Source: Nitrospirota bacterium
Lineage (GTDB): Bacteria > Nitrospirota > UBA9217
DNA: 64,000 bases
Reading direction: 5' to 3'
Assembly: GCA_963796285.1 (NCBI GenBank)
Contig: CAWCKW010000013.1
Span: 1 to 64,000 of the forward strand
Position 1 is the first letter of the stretch. The number at the start of each line of letters is the position of its first letter. Below, in pieces: positions 1 to 8,708 of this stretch. The translations under genes and the position numbers were made by a program. The notes under the pieces are model-generated. The model was not told where the DNA came from and made no database searches. It was given only the letters and a program-made list of their open reading frames with translations.

Positions 1-553
1 CATTCTCAAGAAATTCGTTCGCCTTCGCCTCGATCCAGCCGGTGACAGCGGCTTCCGCCGGCCCGCCGTTTGGCGGGTTGTACTTGAAGCCACCGTCATT
101 GGGCGGATTATGCGACGGCGTGATGACGATGCCGTCGGCGAGTCCTGTCTTGCGCCCGCGGTTGTAGGTGAGTATCGCGTGGGAGACGACAGGGGTTGGG
201 GTATATTCATCCCCCTGCGCGATCATGACTTCCACCTCGTTTGCCGCCAGCACCTCAAGCGCGCTGGCAAGAGCCGGCACGGAAAGGGCATGCGTGTCCA
301 TCCCGAGAAACAGAGGGCCATCGATCTTCATCTGCGCCCGGTACAGGCATATGGCCTGACTGATGGCAAGGATATGCCATTCATTGAAAGCCTTTTTGAA
401 TGAGGAACCACGATGCCCTGAGGTGCCGAAGGCAACCCGTTGTTCCGGCACTGAAGGGTCAGGCGCCTCCGTATAGTAGCTCGTAATAAGTTTAGGCACG
501 TTGACCAGCATTGAAGCTTCTGCCGGCTTTCCAGCCCAAGGGCTCACTTTCAT
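1..553 (-). CDS. pgm: Phosphoglucomutase, 5' part (runs off window)
   Basis: Manual translation [22 protein letters not shown]...[12 protein letters not shown]...[23 protein letters not shown]; contains the GTSGHRG motif and the catalytic TPSHNP motif. Confidence 0.95.
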   Translation of the reverse strand, partial: MKVSPWAGKPAEASMLVNVPKLITSYYTEAPDPSVPEQRVAFGTSGHRGSSFKKAFNEWHILAISQAICLYRAQMKIDGPLFLGMDTHALSVPALASALEVLAANEVEVMIAQGDEYTPTPVVSHAILTYNRGRKTGLADGIVITPSHNPPNDGGFKYNPPNGGPAEAAVTGWIEAKANEFLEN

Positions 554-762
554 AGCGTTTCCTTCAAATACCATGGCGGTGTTCTCGTCCCCGACGGTTT
601 AATCTTCACTCTGCCAAATTTATATAGATCTGCTGCACGATCGACATTCTAATAAATGAGCACCTTGCACTTCTTGGGTCTTCGTGAGGCTTCACCCTTT
701 TTAGAAAACGGTCGTTTCTTTCGATATTCGTAGGTTGAAGGTCGAAGCCTCTGTGTCACTCG

Positions 763-1170
763 TTATCTGCGCATTTCCATCTCTGACATTCTTTTCTGTA
801 TCTCCATCATCCTCTGATGCATTTGTTTCATATCTTTTACCGAGACCCTGCCACTACCTATTACCTCGGACATTTCCATCATCTGATGCGACATATCTTT
901 CATGACATCAGACATCATATTAATGTTGCCCGGACGCATGTGTTTCATCAAACCGGACATCCTGCCCATCGTCTCGGATATCTGATTTGACATGCCGATC
1001 ATGTCGCTCGTCATCTGGCCCCGCTCCATCATCCCGCCGCGTTCCATCATCTGATCGCGCTGCGTATCGCCTTTCTGGCCTTCCATCCTGCCACCGCTCA
1101 TCTGTGCAAATACGAAGGAACTACCGAGAAGTAAAGCAATAAGGCTGATTCCGATCATAAGCTTCTTCAT
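763..1170 (-). CDS. Exported methionine-rich protein
   Basis: Signal peptide (..FVFA/Q), GGAGG RBS, about 29 Met in 135 aa. Confidence 0.8.
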   Translation of the reverse strand: MKKLMIGISLIALLLGSSFVFAQMSGGRMEGQKGDTQRDQMMERGGMMERGQMTSDMIGMSNQISETMGRMSGLMKHMRPGNINMMSDVMKDMSHQMMEMSEVIGSGRVSVKDMKQMHQRMMEIQKRMSEMEMRR

Positions 1171-1525
1171 GTTAAACCTCCTTGGTTGAACGGATTAATT
1201 TCAACAAGCTTCAGAGATGCTCTTCACACGCTTTTTTTATATCATAGTTGTCCCTCCTTGTCGCAAAAGGAATATTTCACAGAACATAGATTACGCCTGC
1301 TCATCAAAATACTATGATGGCGATCCACTTATCGTTACGAGTTTTCCTTGGACAACTTTTTCAAAGAGTTGTGTCCAGCACAGTGTAAATGCGCTTCCTG
1401 TTCTCTTCAGTGATCGGCCTTCGAATTAGCGTCGAATCTTTTTCCCGATTGAAAAAACCGCCTCAATACTCATTTGGGTTGCTCGCCATACGGCCTTTCC
1501 TTTGTCCCCTATGAAGACCTTCCGA

Positions 1526-1975
1526 TCATCTCCTCACGATGAGTAAAGGTATTTTCGCATCCTTGTGCATTACGCCGTACGTAACGCTGCCGAGAACGGC
1601 CGCTTTAAGGGCGCTTTTGCCATGGGAGCCCATAACGATCAGGTCGGCCTTTGATCTTGCTGCCTCGCTCACAATTTCTTCCACCGGATGCCCTGTCCTT
1701 ATCGACGTTTTGTATTTAATATGATTCCGTTCGCATACCTTTCCTATCGCGTCAGTGAAGGATTGCGCTGACTGCTTAAGATAATCCTCGACAGACTCTT
1801 TTAAATGGGTCGGCGATACGGAAGCTGAAACCGCCTGTTCGACGAGGAAGCGTTTATCGATGACGCTCAGCAGCGTCAAAGATGAGCCTGTCTGTTTCGC
1901 GAGCTCGACCGCGTATTTTGCCGCCTTCTGTGACACTTTTGAACCGTCTATTGGCACAAGAATCTTTGAAATCAT
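1526..1975 (-). CDS. Universal stress protein (UspA family)
   Basis: KILVPIDGS...DLIVMGSHGKS...LGSVT motifs; start at MISKIL after AGGAGG. Confidence 0.93.
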   Translation of the reverse strand: MISKILVPIDGSKVSQKAAKYAVELAKQTGSSLTLLSVIDKRFLVEQAVSASVSPTHLKESVEDYLKQSAQSFTDAIGKVCERNHIKYKTSIRTGHPVEEIVSEAARSKADLIVMGSHGKSALKAAVLGSVTYGVMHKDAKIPLLIVRR

Positions 1976-2350
1976 AAGTCCTCCTTTATTCTTATAACGA
2001 CAGAATCCCTCCTGCCGCGCCCACTGCCATGAACCTCCTCCCGCTGTGCATGCCGAAGGTTCTCTCTTATGTAAAAACCTGTGCATCATTGTCAACATTT
2101 ATATTATGATAGCACGCGTTTCTCATAACGGCAACCATGCGGAACCGTATTTAAAGCGACCTCATTAGCCCCTCATCGTCCACTTGATTTCTTTAAAGCC
2201 CGGCATGTTAAATGAAACTCTCAACATCAGGGGATAGTCCGTCACAATACCACCTTGTTAACAGGTATAACAGTTACTGCTGTTTGTATACGTCTTCTAT
2301 CATTGACATCTTGATTCATTATTATTTATTCCGACAACCGAATAGGGTGG

Positions 2351-2359
2351 TGCTATACT
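2351..2359 (+). promoter_or_regulatory. Extended -10 (TGCTATACT), RpoS-like, upstream of ytxH
   Basis: Matches TGnTATACT with C at -13. Confidence 0.4.
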
Positions 2360-2468
2360 TTAACCAGATAGATCATTCGGATGGGAGGCATGATGCGTGG
2401 TACTCGGATGAAAAGCAAACGTGAAGAAAGAAAGTCATACCCTTTTGATAAAATGACACAAGAAAGAG

Positions 2469-2972
2469 GTGAAAGTCATGAAAGAGGAAACTACAAATAG
2501 GAAAAGTTCCATCATGATGCCGGTACTGATAGGCAGTGCATTAGGGGCAGGTATAGCTCTCCTGCTGGCGCCTAAAACGGGGAAGGAAATAAGGAAAGAT
2601 CTGAAGCGGTTCGCGGCTAAGACGCGGGACCGGGTTGCCGGAGTCATTGGTGGAGGCAGGGATCTCTTCGAAGAAGGCAGGGAGGCTGTCACCGAAACTG
2701 TAAAGGCCGGCAAGGAAACGTACGACGAAGGAACGAAAGGACTTGAGAAGGTCATGCATAAAAAGGAGCCCTCGCTCATGTCGCCGAAAGCGGAAAAGGA
2801 AGTTAAGGGAGACCTTAAGCGGATCGCCGCTAACACGAAGGACAAGATCGTTTCCGCCATTGACAAGGGCAAGGCACCTTACACGGAGGGGAGGAAAGTC
2901 ATATCCAAAGCCATGGGAGCAGGCCAGAAAGAGTTCATCCGTAAGAATGTGAAGCACCATCATGCTGCATAG
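2469..2972 (+). CDS. YtxH domain general stress protein with internal duplication
   Basis: LIGSALGAGIALLLAPKTGKEIRKDL YtxH signature; second copy KEVKGDLKRIAANTKDKI. Confidence 0.88.
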   Translation: MKVMKEETTNRKSSIMMPVLIGSALGAGIALLLAPKTGKEIRKDLKRFAAKTRDRVAGVIGGGRDLFEEGREAVTETVKAGKETYDEGTKGLEKVMHKKEPSLMSPKAEKEVKGDLKRIAANTKDKIVSAIDKGKAPYTEGRKVISKAMGAGQKEFIRKNVKHHHAA

Positions 2973-3117
2973 CGGCAAGTATTATTAAGAGCGTCTTCCG
3001 GCACATGGCGTGCGGTTAATGTGTTGAGGTGCGACTTCAACTTCATGTTTCAAAGCCTGATATATTCTTCTCGGTCAAGCCAATTGTCTTGCGCTCACGT
3101 TCTGCAATAACCTGAGC

Positions 3118-3203
3118 GCCTAACAGAAGGATTAATGCTACTGTTTCAACGCTGCCGCGCTGGTTTCGAGCGAAGCGGGGTATCCAGAGCGGCGGTGTTG
3201 AAT
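3118..3203. repeat. Imperfect hairpin, weaker attC-like candidate
   Basis: GCCTAAC at 3118 and GTTGAAT at 3197; arms ttcaacgctgccgcgctgg / ccagagcggcggtgttgaa. Confidence 0.35.
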
Positions 3204-3281
3204 GTCATAAGTCCTCGTCATTTTATTATCTTAGAATTTTTATGCTCCATTTCAGGCCGTCATTTCCTATGATCTATTTCT

Positions 3282-3431
3282 TCAGCGTCTTTTGAAGTAT
3301 TGAATTTCCCTTTCGTGTTTTTCCGCCGCGCCACGTGTTGCGAAAGTTCCGAGATTCCTCCGCTTTCCGGTTTTTGGGTTCTTCTTTCGAGAGTACAAGC
3401 GGTACTCACCCGTTTTAAGTTTCCTGATCAT
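3282..3431 (-). CDS. 49-aa basic mini-protein, AP2/Arm-DNA-binding-like
   Basis: AGGAGG RBS; MIRKLKTGEYRLYSRKKNPKTGKRRNLGTFATRGAAEKHEREIQYFKRR; below the ORF-track cutoff. Confidence 0.8.
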   Translation of the reverse strand: MIRKLKTGEYRLYSRKKNPKTGKRRNLGTFATRGAAEKHEREIQYFKRR

Positions 3432-3456
3432 TCAGCCCTCCTATGGACTTTCAATC

Positions 3457-3563
3457 GTCCAACACTCCGGTTGAGCTGTTAGCCTACGGGAGCTCTTCTT
3501 GCCCAACTCTCATCGCGTGAAGCGTGAACCGAGCGAGACGTCAGCTTCAACCGGTTGTTAGGC
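3457..3563 (-). mobile_element. attC-like integron cassette recombination site (107 bp)
   Basis: Minus strand: GCCTAAC-aa-CCGGTTGAAGCTG...CAGCTCAACCGG-agt-GTTGGAC, i.e. R''/L''/L'/R' with an extra unpaired base in L''. Confidence 0.65.
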
Positions 3564-3806
3564 ATTATGAATAAGCCATGTTGCTGCCTTTTCAACTATC
3601 TTTGCCTTTCTCTATATTGGTTTTCGTAACTTTATTAATTCTTCCTTGACTCTCTGAAGCTCTTTATTGTACAAATTCCCTCCAAATTGCTTTGTTGCAT
3701 CCACCAATAAAATGATCCCGATTTTAGGGCGAAAGCCGTTCCTAGAGCGACAACCGTGACCTCTATTATCATTGACTCCTCGCTCCTTTTCGCCGGGTAC
3801 TGCAAA

Positions 3807-4310
3807 CTAAAGCCGGAGCTGTTTCATAGTCTCGCGCATGAACGCGGGGAGATCGGCCGGTTGCCGGGACGTGATCAGATTGGCGTCAACAACCACCTCC
3901 CGGTCCTCATAGAGAGCGCCGGCCTTTTTCAATTCATCAGTCACAGACTTATAGCAGGTGGCGTGTCTCCCCTGCAAAAGGCCGGCGCTGATCAAGATCT
4001 GCGGCCCGTGGCAGATGGCGGCAACCGGTTTGCTGCGAGCAAAAAAGCTCCGGGCAAGCTCCAGCGCCTTCGGCTCTTTTCTCACCAATGCCGGCGCCGC
4101 CCCTCCAGGCAGGACCAGGATTGCATAGTCGTCAGGGTTGACCTCGTCAAGGGTCTTGTCCACGTCCACTTCGTAGCCGTGCTTGCCCTTGATGGCCCTG
4201 CGGCTCAGGGAGGCCACTGTCACTTCGACACCCGCCTCCTTCAGCCGGTAGTAGGGGACCAGCAGTTCAGTGTCCTCAAAATTGTCCGCACTTATAATCA
4301 AGGCTTTCAT
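3807..4310 (-). CDS. pfpI: PfpI/DJ-1 family intracellular protease/deglycase
   Basis: FEDTE, LPGG and AAICHGPQ nucleophile motifs. Confidence 0.95.
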   Translation of the reverse strand: MKALIISADNFEDTELLVPYYRLKEAGVEVTVASLSRRAIKGKHGYEVDVDKTLDEVNPDDYAILVLPGGAAPALVRKEPKALELARSFFARSKPVAAICHGPQILISAGLLQGRHATCYKSVTDELKKAGALYEDREVVVDANLITSRQPADLPAFMRETMKQLRL

Positions 4311-4403
4311 AGTTCCTCCCTATTTGTGACCTTTTTATCCCTCCTGCGGCTTACTCCGGAATCAGCTGCTGCAGCTGCTCACGGGTGACGATTACGAACA
4401 ACG

Positions 4404-4694
4404 TCAAGAAGAGCGGATTGCCCGAATAGTGAAGAGCCACAGGTTGACTGCGATGAGCGGTAAGCGAACGATGATAGTCGTTGTGTAAAGCTCCTCAATA
4501 TGCAATCGGACGATCTGCACAAAGACAGTCCCGATTGAGAGCAGCACCGTTCCAAGGAGCCGGGGCAACACGTCGCCGTACGAGTTATTGCTAAATAGCA
4601 GTTTGAATGCGGTGTCCGGCGCGGCCAGCAAAAAAACTCCGGCAACAAGCAAATACCCCGTCTCGTAAAAAAGGCTCGACCACGTTCGCTTCAT
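4404..4694 (-). CDS. Hypothetical membrane protein (C-terminus possibly frameshifted)
   Basis: Three hydrophobic segments; RBS-like AAAGGGG upstream. Confidence 0.6.
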   Translation of the reverse strand: MKRTWSSLFYETGYLLVAGVFLLAAPDTAFKLLFSNNSYGDVLPRLLGTVLLSIGTVFVQIVRLHIEELYTTTIIVRLPLIAVNLWLFTIRAIRSS

Positions 4695-4766
4695 GTGTAC
4701 GCCCCTTTCTCTCGTTTCTGTTCGTCAAAGTCGGCACATGAAGGGCCTTCTCCCCAATCCTCTTCT

Positions 4767-5108
4767 TCAGTTAACCGGTTTCGCGCATGATTTCAGTTTT
4801 CCATCGATGTAGAATGAAATTAGACCGCCCTGCTTACATTCATTCGTGCCTATGGTAGCCGGCGTAGAGAGCACACAAGATTCTAAGTTGCCATTGTCAT
4901 AAAAACTGACAGAATTATTACTTTTACATTGGATGCTATTCGCATCGTAATCTTTTTCGAGTTGGCATGCTTTTAGGGATCCATTGTCATAAAGTAAAAC
5001 GTTTGCACCGGGATGACAAATTGATTGGTCAGCGGCATAGACAGTAAAACTAGCTAATGCTGATGCCAATGTTAAACTCAGGAAAATCACAATATTTGAT
5101 ATTTTCAT
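4767..5108 (-). CDS. Exported Cys-containing short-repeat protein
   Basis: Signal peptide; three repeats C-x6-(L/F)YxxGxLxxC. Confidence 0.75.
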   Translation of the reverse strand: MKISNIVIFLSLTLASALASFTVYAADQSICHPGANVLLYDNGSLKACQLEKDYDANSIQCKSNNSVSFYDNGNLESCVLSTPATIGTNECKQGGLISFYIDGKLKSCAKPVN

Positions 5109-5356
5109 AAAATGGTTCCTCCTTTATTATTTTCGCTCCAACCGCCAAACTGCCATAGATCGAGATCGCCCGGACCAAAGTGGTTGTAAAAATCGCCTGA
5201 AAAACTCCACGATCGGCATTACTTCGATAGCATTGATGCCCAGTTCTTTAAGATAAGGATTTTTTTCAATGGCACTTTCAAAAAAAACGTGCCCGGGCCT
5301 CCCTTCTCTTTGACATGAAAGGTGCCCATATGCATTTCATAAATGACAAGCTCATT
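5109..5356 (-). pseudogene. GH13 (branching enzyme/TreZ-like) relic with internal deletion
   Basis: Fragments NELVIYEMHMGTF, PYLKELGINAIEVMPIVEF and YNHFGPGDLDLWQFGGWSENNKGG, broken by frameshifts. Confidence 0.8.
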
Positions 5357-5880
5357 CCTCGTGACCGCGCTCTTTTTTGGCTATTGCTGATATATCGTAC
5401 TATCCTGGAATTCGTACAAGTCGCACATGGGTCATTCATTCTTTTACCTTAATTATAGAGCACTGTTCGCGGTGTTTCAAGGCAGAGACCTTAATAAATT
5501 AGCTGTCGGGCGCAAGCACCAAACTGAGACCGACCCAAACATTGTTTCGTGCTATTAGTTTGAATAGAATACTTACTCTGTTTTGCTCTTGCAGGCTTCG
5601 TTGATAGGCTTGCCGGGCTTCAACCTCCTTCTGACCCGTTTAGACCCTTGCAGGTATCAGGAACTCGATCATATCATCTTCAATTTATTAAGAGAGCAAT
5701 CTCTGAGCGAGAACCTTCTTATGCTATTACAAGGCGAATCATATATAACCGGAGCAAGTCTCTGCCAGATGCAAACGGTAGCGCAATTTAAGGCCATTGC
5801 AAGGGCAGTTTAGTACTGACGGAGCCTCCCCTGCTCCAACCTTCTCATTAAAAAGACGCATCGCGGACTTACGGGTATCG

Positions 5881-5909
5881 TTGACATGCGCACTATCCAG
5901 TGCTATCTT
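5881..5909 (+). promoter_or_regulatory. Sigma70-family promoter of NHEJ operon
   Basis: TTGACA-N17-TATCTT with TG extension (TGCTATCTT). Confidence 0.55.
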
Positions 5910-5997
5910 TTATTTTATATCGAGGATTTTAATTTCCCCTTTTGGCGTGCAATGGATTTCACCGAAATAGGGGTTAAAAAGAACTGGAGGACATTCA

Positions 5998-6768
5998 ATG
6001 CCTGGAGGAACACTCTGGAAAGGATTGATCCATTTTGGGGATACGGATGTCCCCGTGAAGCTGCATTCCGCTGTCAGGGAAGACCGGATCCAGTTTCACC
6101 TTCTTCATAGTCGAGATCAGGTGAGATTGCGCCAGCAGATGATCTGCGCGTACGAAAAAAAACCGGTGCCCGCTGAAGAACAATCCAAGGGGTTTGAAGT
6201 GGAGGAAGGGAAATATATCATCATCGATCCGGAGGAACTCGAACAAACCGCTCCTGAAAGCAGCCGGATGATCGAGGTCCACGAATTCGTCAAAACCGAA
6301 CAAATCGATCCCCTCTTCCTTGATCGCGTCTATTACCTGGAACCGGACCTTCTGGGAAAAGGATATACCGCGCTTGTCGAGGCGTTAAAGAAGATGGATG
6401 TGGAAGGCATCTGCACCTGGACCATGAGAAAGCGGTCCTATCTCGGGGCCTTGCAGGCGAGAGGGAAGATTCTTCGCCTGAATACGCTGCGGTATGCCGA
6501 CGAAGTGATCGCGGTGGAATCCTTGGGACTGCAGAGCGTGGCCTTGTCGGAAAAAGAACTGAAGATCGGGGGCGATTTGATCAATCAGTTGACCGCTCCT
6601 TTTGAGCCGCGGAAATTCGAAAACGAACATCAGAAGAAGCTGCAGGATATGATCGAGAAAAAAGCCCGCGGAGAGAAGATCGCGGTCCTGGCCCCCAGGC
6701 GCTTGAAACCCACCGAATCAGACGAGCTGCTTCAGGTGCTTGAAGCGAGTCTGAAGAAAGCCGCGTGA
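5998..6768 (+). CDS. ku: Ku protein (NHEJ), divergent copy 1
   Basis: LWKGLIHFG..VPVKL, IDPLFLDRVYYLEP, LRYADEV, FEP.KFENE Ku-core motifs. Confidence 0.92.
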   Translation: MPGGTLWKGLIHFGDTDVPVKLHSAVREDRIQFHLLHSRDQVRLRQQMICAYEKKPVPAEEQSKGFEVEEGKYIIIDPEELEQTAPESSRMIEVHEFVKTEQIDPLFLDRVYYLEPDLLGKGYTALVEALKKMDVEGICTWTMRKRSYLGALQARGKILRLNTLRYADEVIAVESLGLQSVALSEKELKIGGDLINQLTAPFEPRKFENEHQKKLQDMIEKKARGEKIAVLAPRRLKPTESDELLQVLEASLKKAA

Positions 6769-6878
6769 GGGGAAAGCTGGAGAGACAACCACAGACTGCA
6801 CGGAGGAATGACGGGGATGAATTTACGCCCTGAATCTGTTCTCTGTGTTCTCTGTGGTGGATGTTGAGGAGGAATGAC

Positions 6879-7664
6879 ATGGCAGTTCAGGGAATATGGA
6901 GCGGGACGATCAGTTTCAGCCTGGTGGCGATTCCGGTAAGGTTGGTCAAGGCTATCGAGCCCGGCCATGTGTCTTTTCACCTGCTTCACAGCAAGGATTA
7001 CTCCCGTTTGTCGCGAAGGATGTTCTGTCCTGAAGATAAAACGACGGTCCCCCCGGAAGAGATCGTCAAGGGATACGAAATCGTGCCCGGCAAATACATC
7101 CTGATGACGGACGAGGAACTGGAATCCGTGTCACCGGAGCGGAGCCGCACGATCGAGATCGTGGAGTTCATCGATATGAAGGAAGTGGACCCGATCTATT
7201 ACGATCATCCCTATTATCTCGTCCCTTCGAAGGGAGGCGAAAAAGCGTATCAACTGCTGGTCGAGGTGATGCGCCGGACAAACAAGGCAGGGCTCGCTAA
7301 ATTCGTGCTGGCTGAACGTGAGTATCTGGTGGCCGTCACAAGCAGGGACGGAGCGCTGGCCCTGACCACGCTTCATTACAGCGACGAGATACTTCCCGAT
7401 GAAGATATTTCTCCGAAGAAAGGAAAGATCGAGGCCGAAGAGGAAAACCGGATAAAGAAAAGCATTGAGCAAATGATCGAGGACTTCAATCCGGGGAAAT
7501 ATGCGGACGGCCGCCGGAAAAAGCTCATGGACCTCCTGGCCGCGAAGGCGAAAGAAAAAGCTCCGGTGGAGGCCCCTGAAGCGGAGCAAGAAGAAGGAGA
7601 AGGGCCGCCTGACCTGGTCGCCGCGCTGGAGGAGAGCATGCGGAAAGTGAAGGAGCACAAGTGA
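6879..7664 (+). CDS. ku: Ku protein (NHEJ), copy 2
   Basis: IWSGTISFSLVAIPVRL, VDPIYYDHPYYL, DLVAALEES; GAGGAGG RBS. Confidence 0.95.
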   Translation: MAVQGIWSGTISFSLVAIPVRLVKAIEPGHVSFHLLHSKDYSRLSRRMFCPEDKTTVPPEEIVKGYEIVPGKYILMTDEELESVSPERSRTIEIVEFIDMKEVDPIYYDHPYYLVPSKGGEKAYQLLVEVMRRTNKAGLAKFVLAEREYLVAVTSRDGALALTTLHYSDEILPDEDISPKKGKIEAEEENRIKKSIEQMIEDFNPGKYADGRRKKLMDLLAAKAKEKAPVEAPEAEQEEGEGPPDLVAALEESMRKVKEHK

Positions 7665-8566
7665 GCAGAACATTCGTCGAAATGGACGGGAGGAGACTCC
7701 CCTTATCGAACCTTGAAAAGGACCTGTATCCCTCCTATGGTTTCACGAAGGCCCAGATCCTGGAATATTACCGCGGGATCGCACCGTTCATCCTGCCCCA
7801 TTTGAAAGACCGGGCAGTGACCTTCAAGCGCTATCCCGAAGGAGTGGAAAAGGATTTCTTTTTCGAGAAGCGCTGTCCCGGGCACCGTCCGGCTTGGGTG
7901 AAAACAGCGGAGATCCCCCAGGAGGACGGAGAACGGATGACATTCTGCCTGGTCAACGATCTGGAAACGCTGATCTGGGCGGAGAACCTTGCGTCTCTTG
8001 AACTTCATGTGCCCCTGGCCAGGGCCGGTTCCCCTGAAACGCCCGATTCCATGGTCTTCGACCTCGATCCCGGCGAACCGGCAAACATTCTCGACTGTGC
8101 CCGGGTGGCGCTGATACTTCGGGACCTGCTCTCCAAAATGGGGCTCGCGAGCTATGTAAAAACCTCGGGCCAAAAAGGACTCCATGTGTTTGTCCCCTTG
8201 AACCGCAAGGAGACGACCTTTGAGGATACCAAGACATTTTCAAGGACCGTGGCAGGGATCATGCAGAAACATTATCCGGACCTGGTGACTGCCAAGATGG
8301 CAAAGCCAGAGCGGAGGGCACAGGTTTTTATCAACTGGTCCCAAAACGACGCTTCGAAGACGATGATATGCGTTTATTCCCTGCGCGCCCGGGAAAAACC
8401 ATTCGTTTCGTTTCCGCTCGAATGGAGGGAACTGGAGAATCTGGCCGCGCAGGGCGACCCGGAAAGGCTGCAGATCACCCATTCGGAAGCCGTGAGCAGG
8501 GCCGAAGAAAAGGGAGATCTTTTTCAAGAGGTGCTCGTGAAAGAACAGAAGCTGCCTCATCTGTGA
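7661..8566 (+). CDS. ligD: Stand-alone LigD polymerase (primase-like) domain
   Basis: LSNLEK.LYP, RYPEGV..FFEK, FDLDPG and KTSGQKGLH motifs. Confidence 0.95.
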   Translation: MSRTFVEMDGRRLPLSNLEKDLYPSYGFTKAQILEYYRGIAPFILPHLKDRAVTFKRYPEGVEKDFFFEKRCPGHRPAWVKTAEIPQEDGERMTFCLVNDLETLIWAENLASLELHVPLARAGSPETPDSMVFDLDPGEPANILDCARVALILRDLLSKMGLASYVKTSGQKGLHVFVPLNRKETTFEDTKTFSRTVAGIMQKHYPDLVTAKMAKPERRAQVFINWSQNDASKTMICVYSLRAREKPFVSFPLEWRELENLAAQGDPERLQITHSEAVSRAEEKGDLFQEVLVKEQKLPHL

Positions 8567-8708
8567 CCGGAACCGAAGGGCGTTCCTCGCAAAGACCCTA
8601 AGCCCGCAAAGAAAAGCCATCTCCCTGGTTTAAAACCAGGAGTTAAAGATTTCCTTTTGCGTCCTTGCGGGAAATGTTCTTGCCGTTGTGAGGTTCAAGG
8701 GCGACATC

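Noticed and set aside
5400-5870. Possible gene in the spacer before ku
   Set aside because: Only short, stop-interrupted frames; no convincing product.
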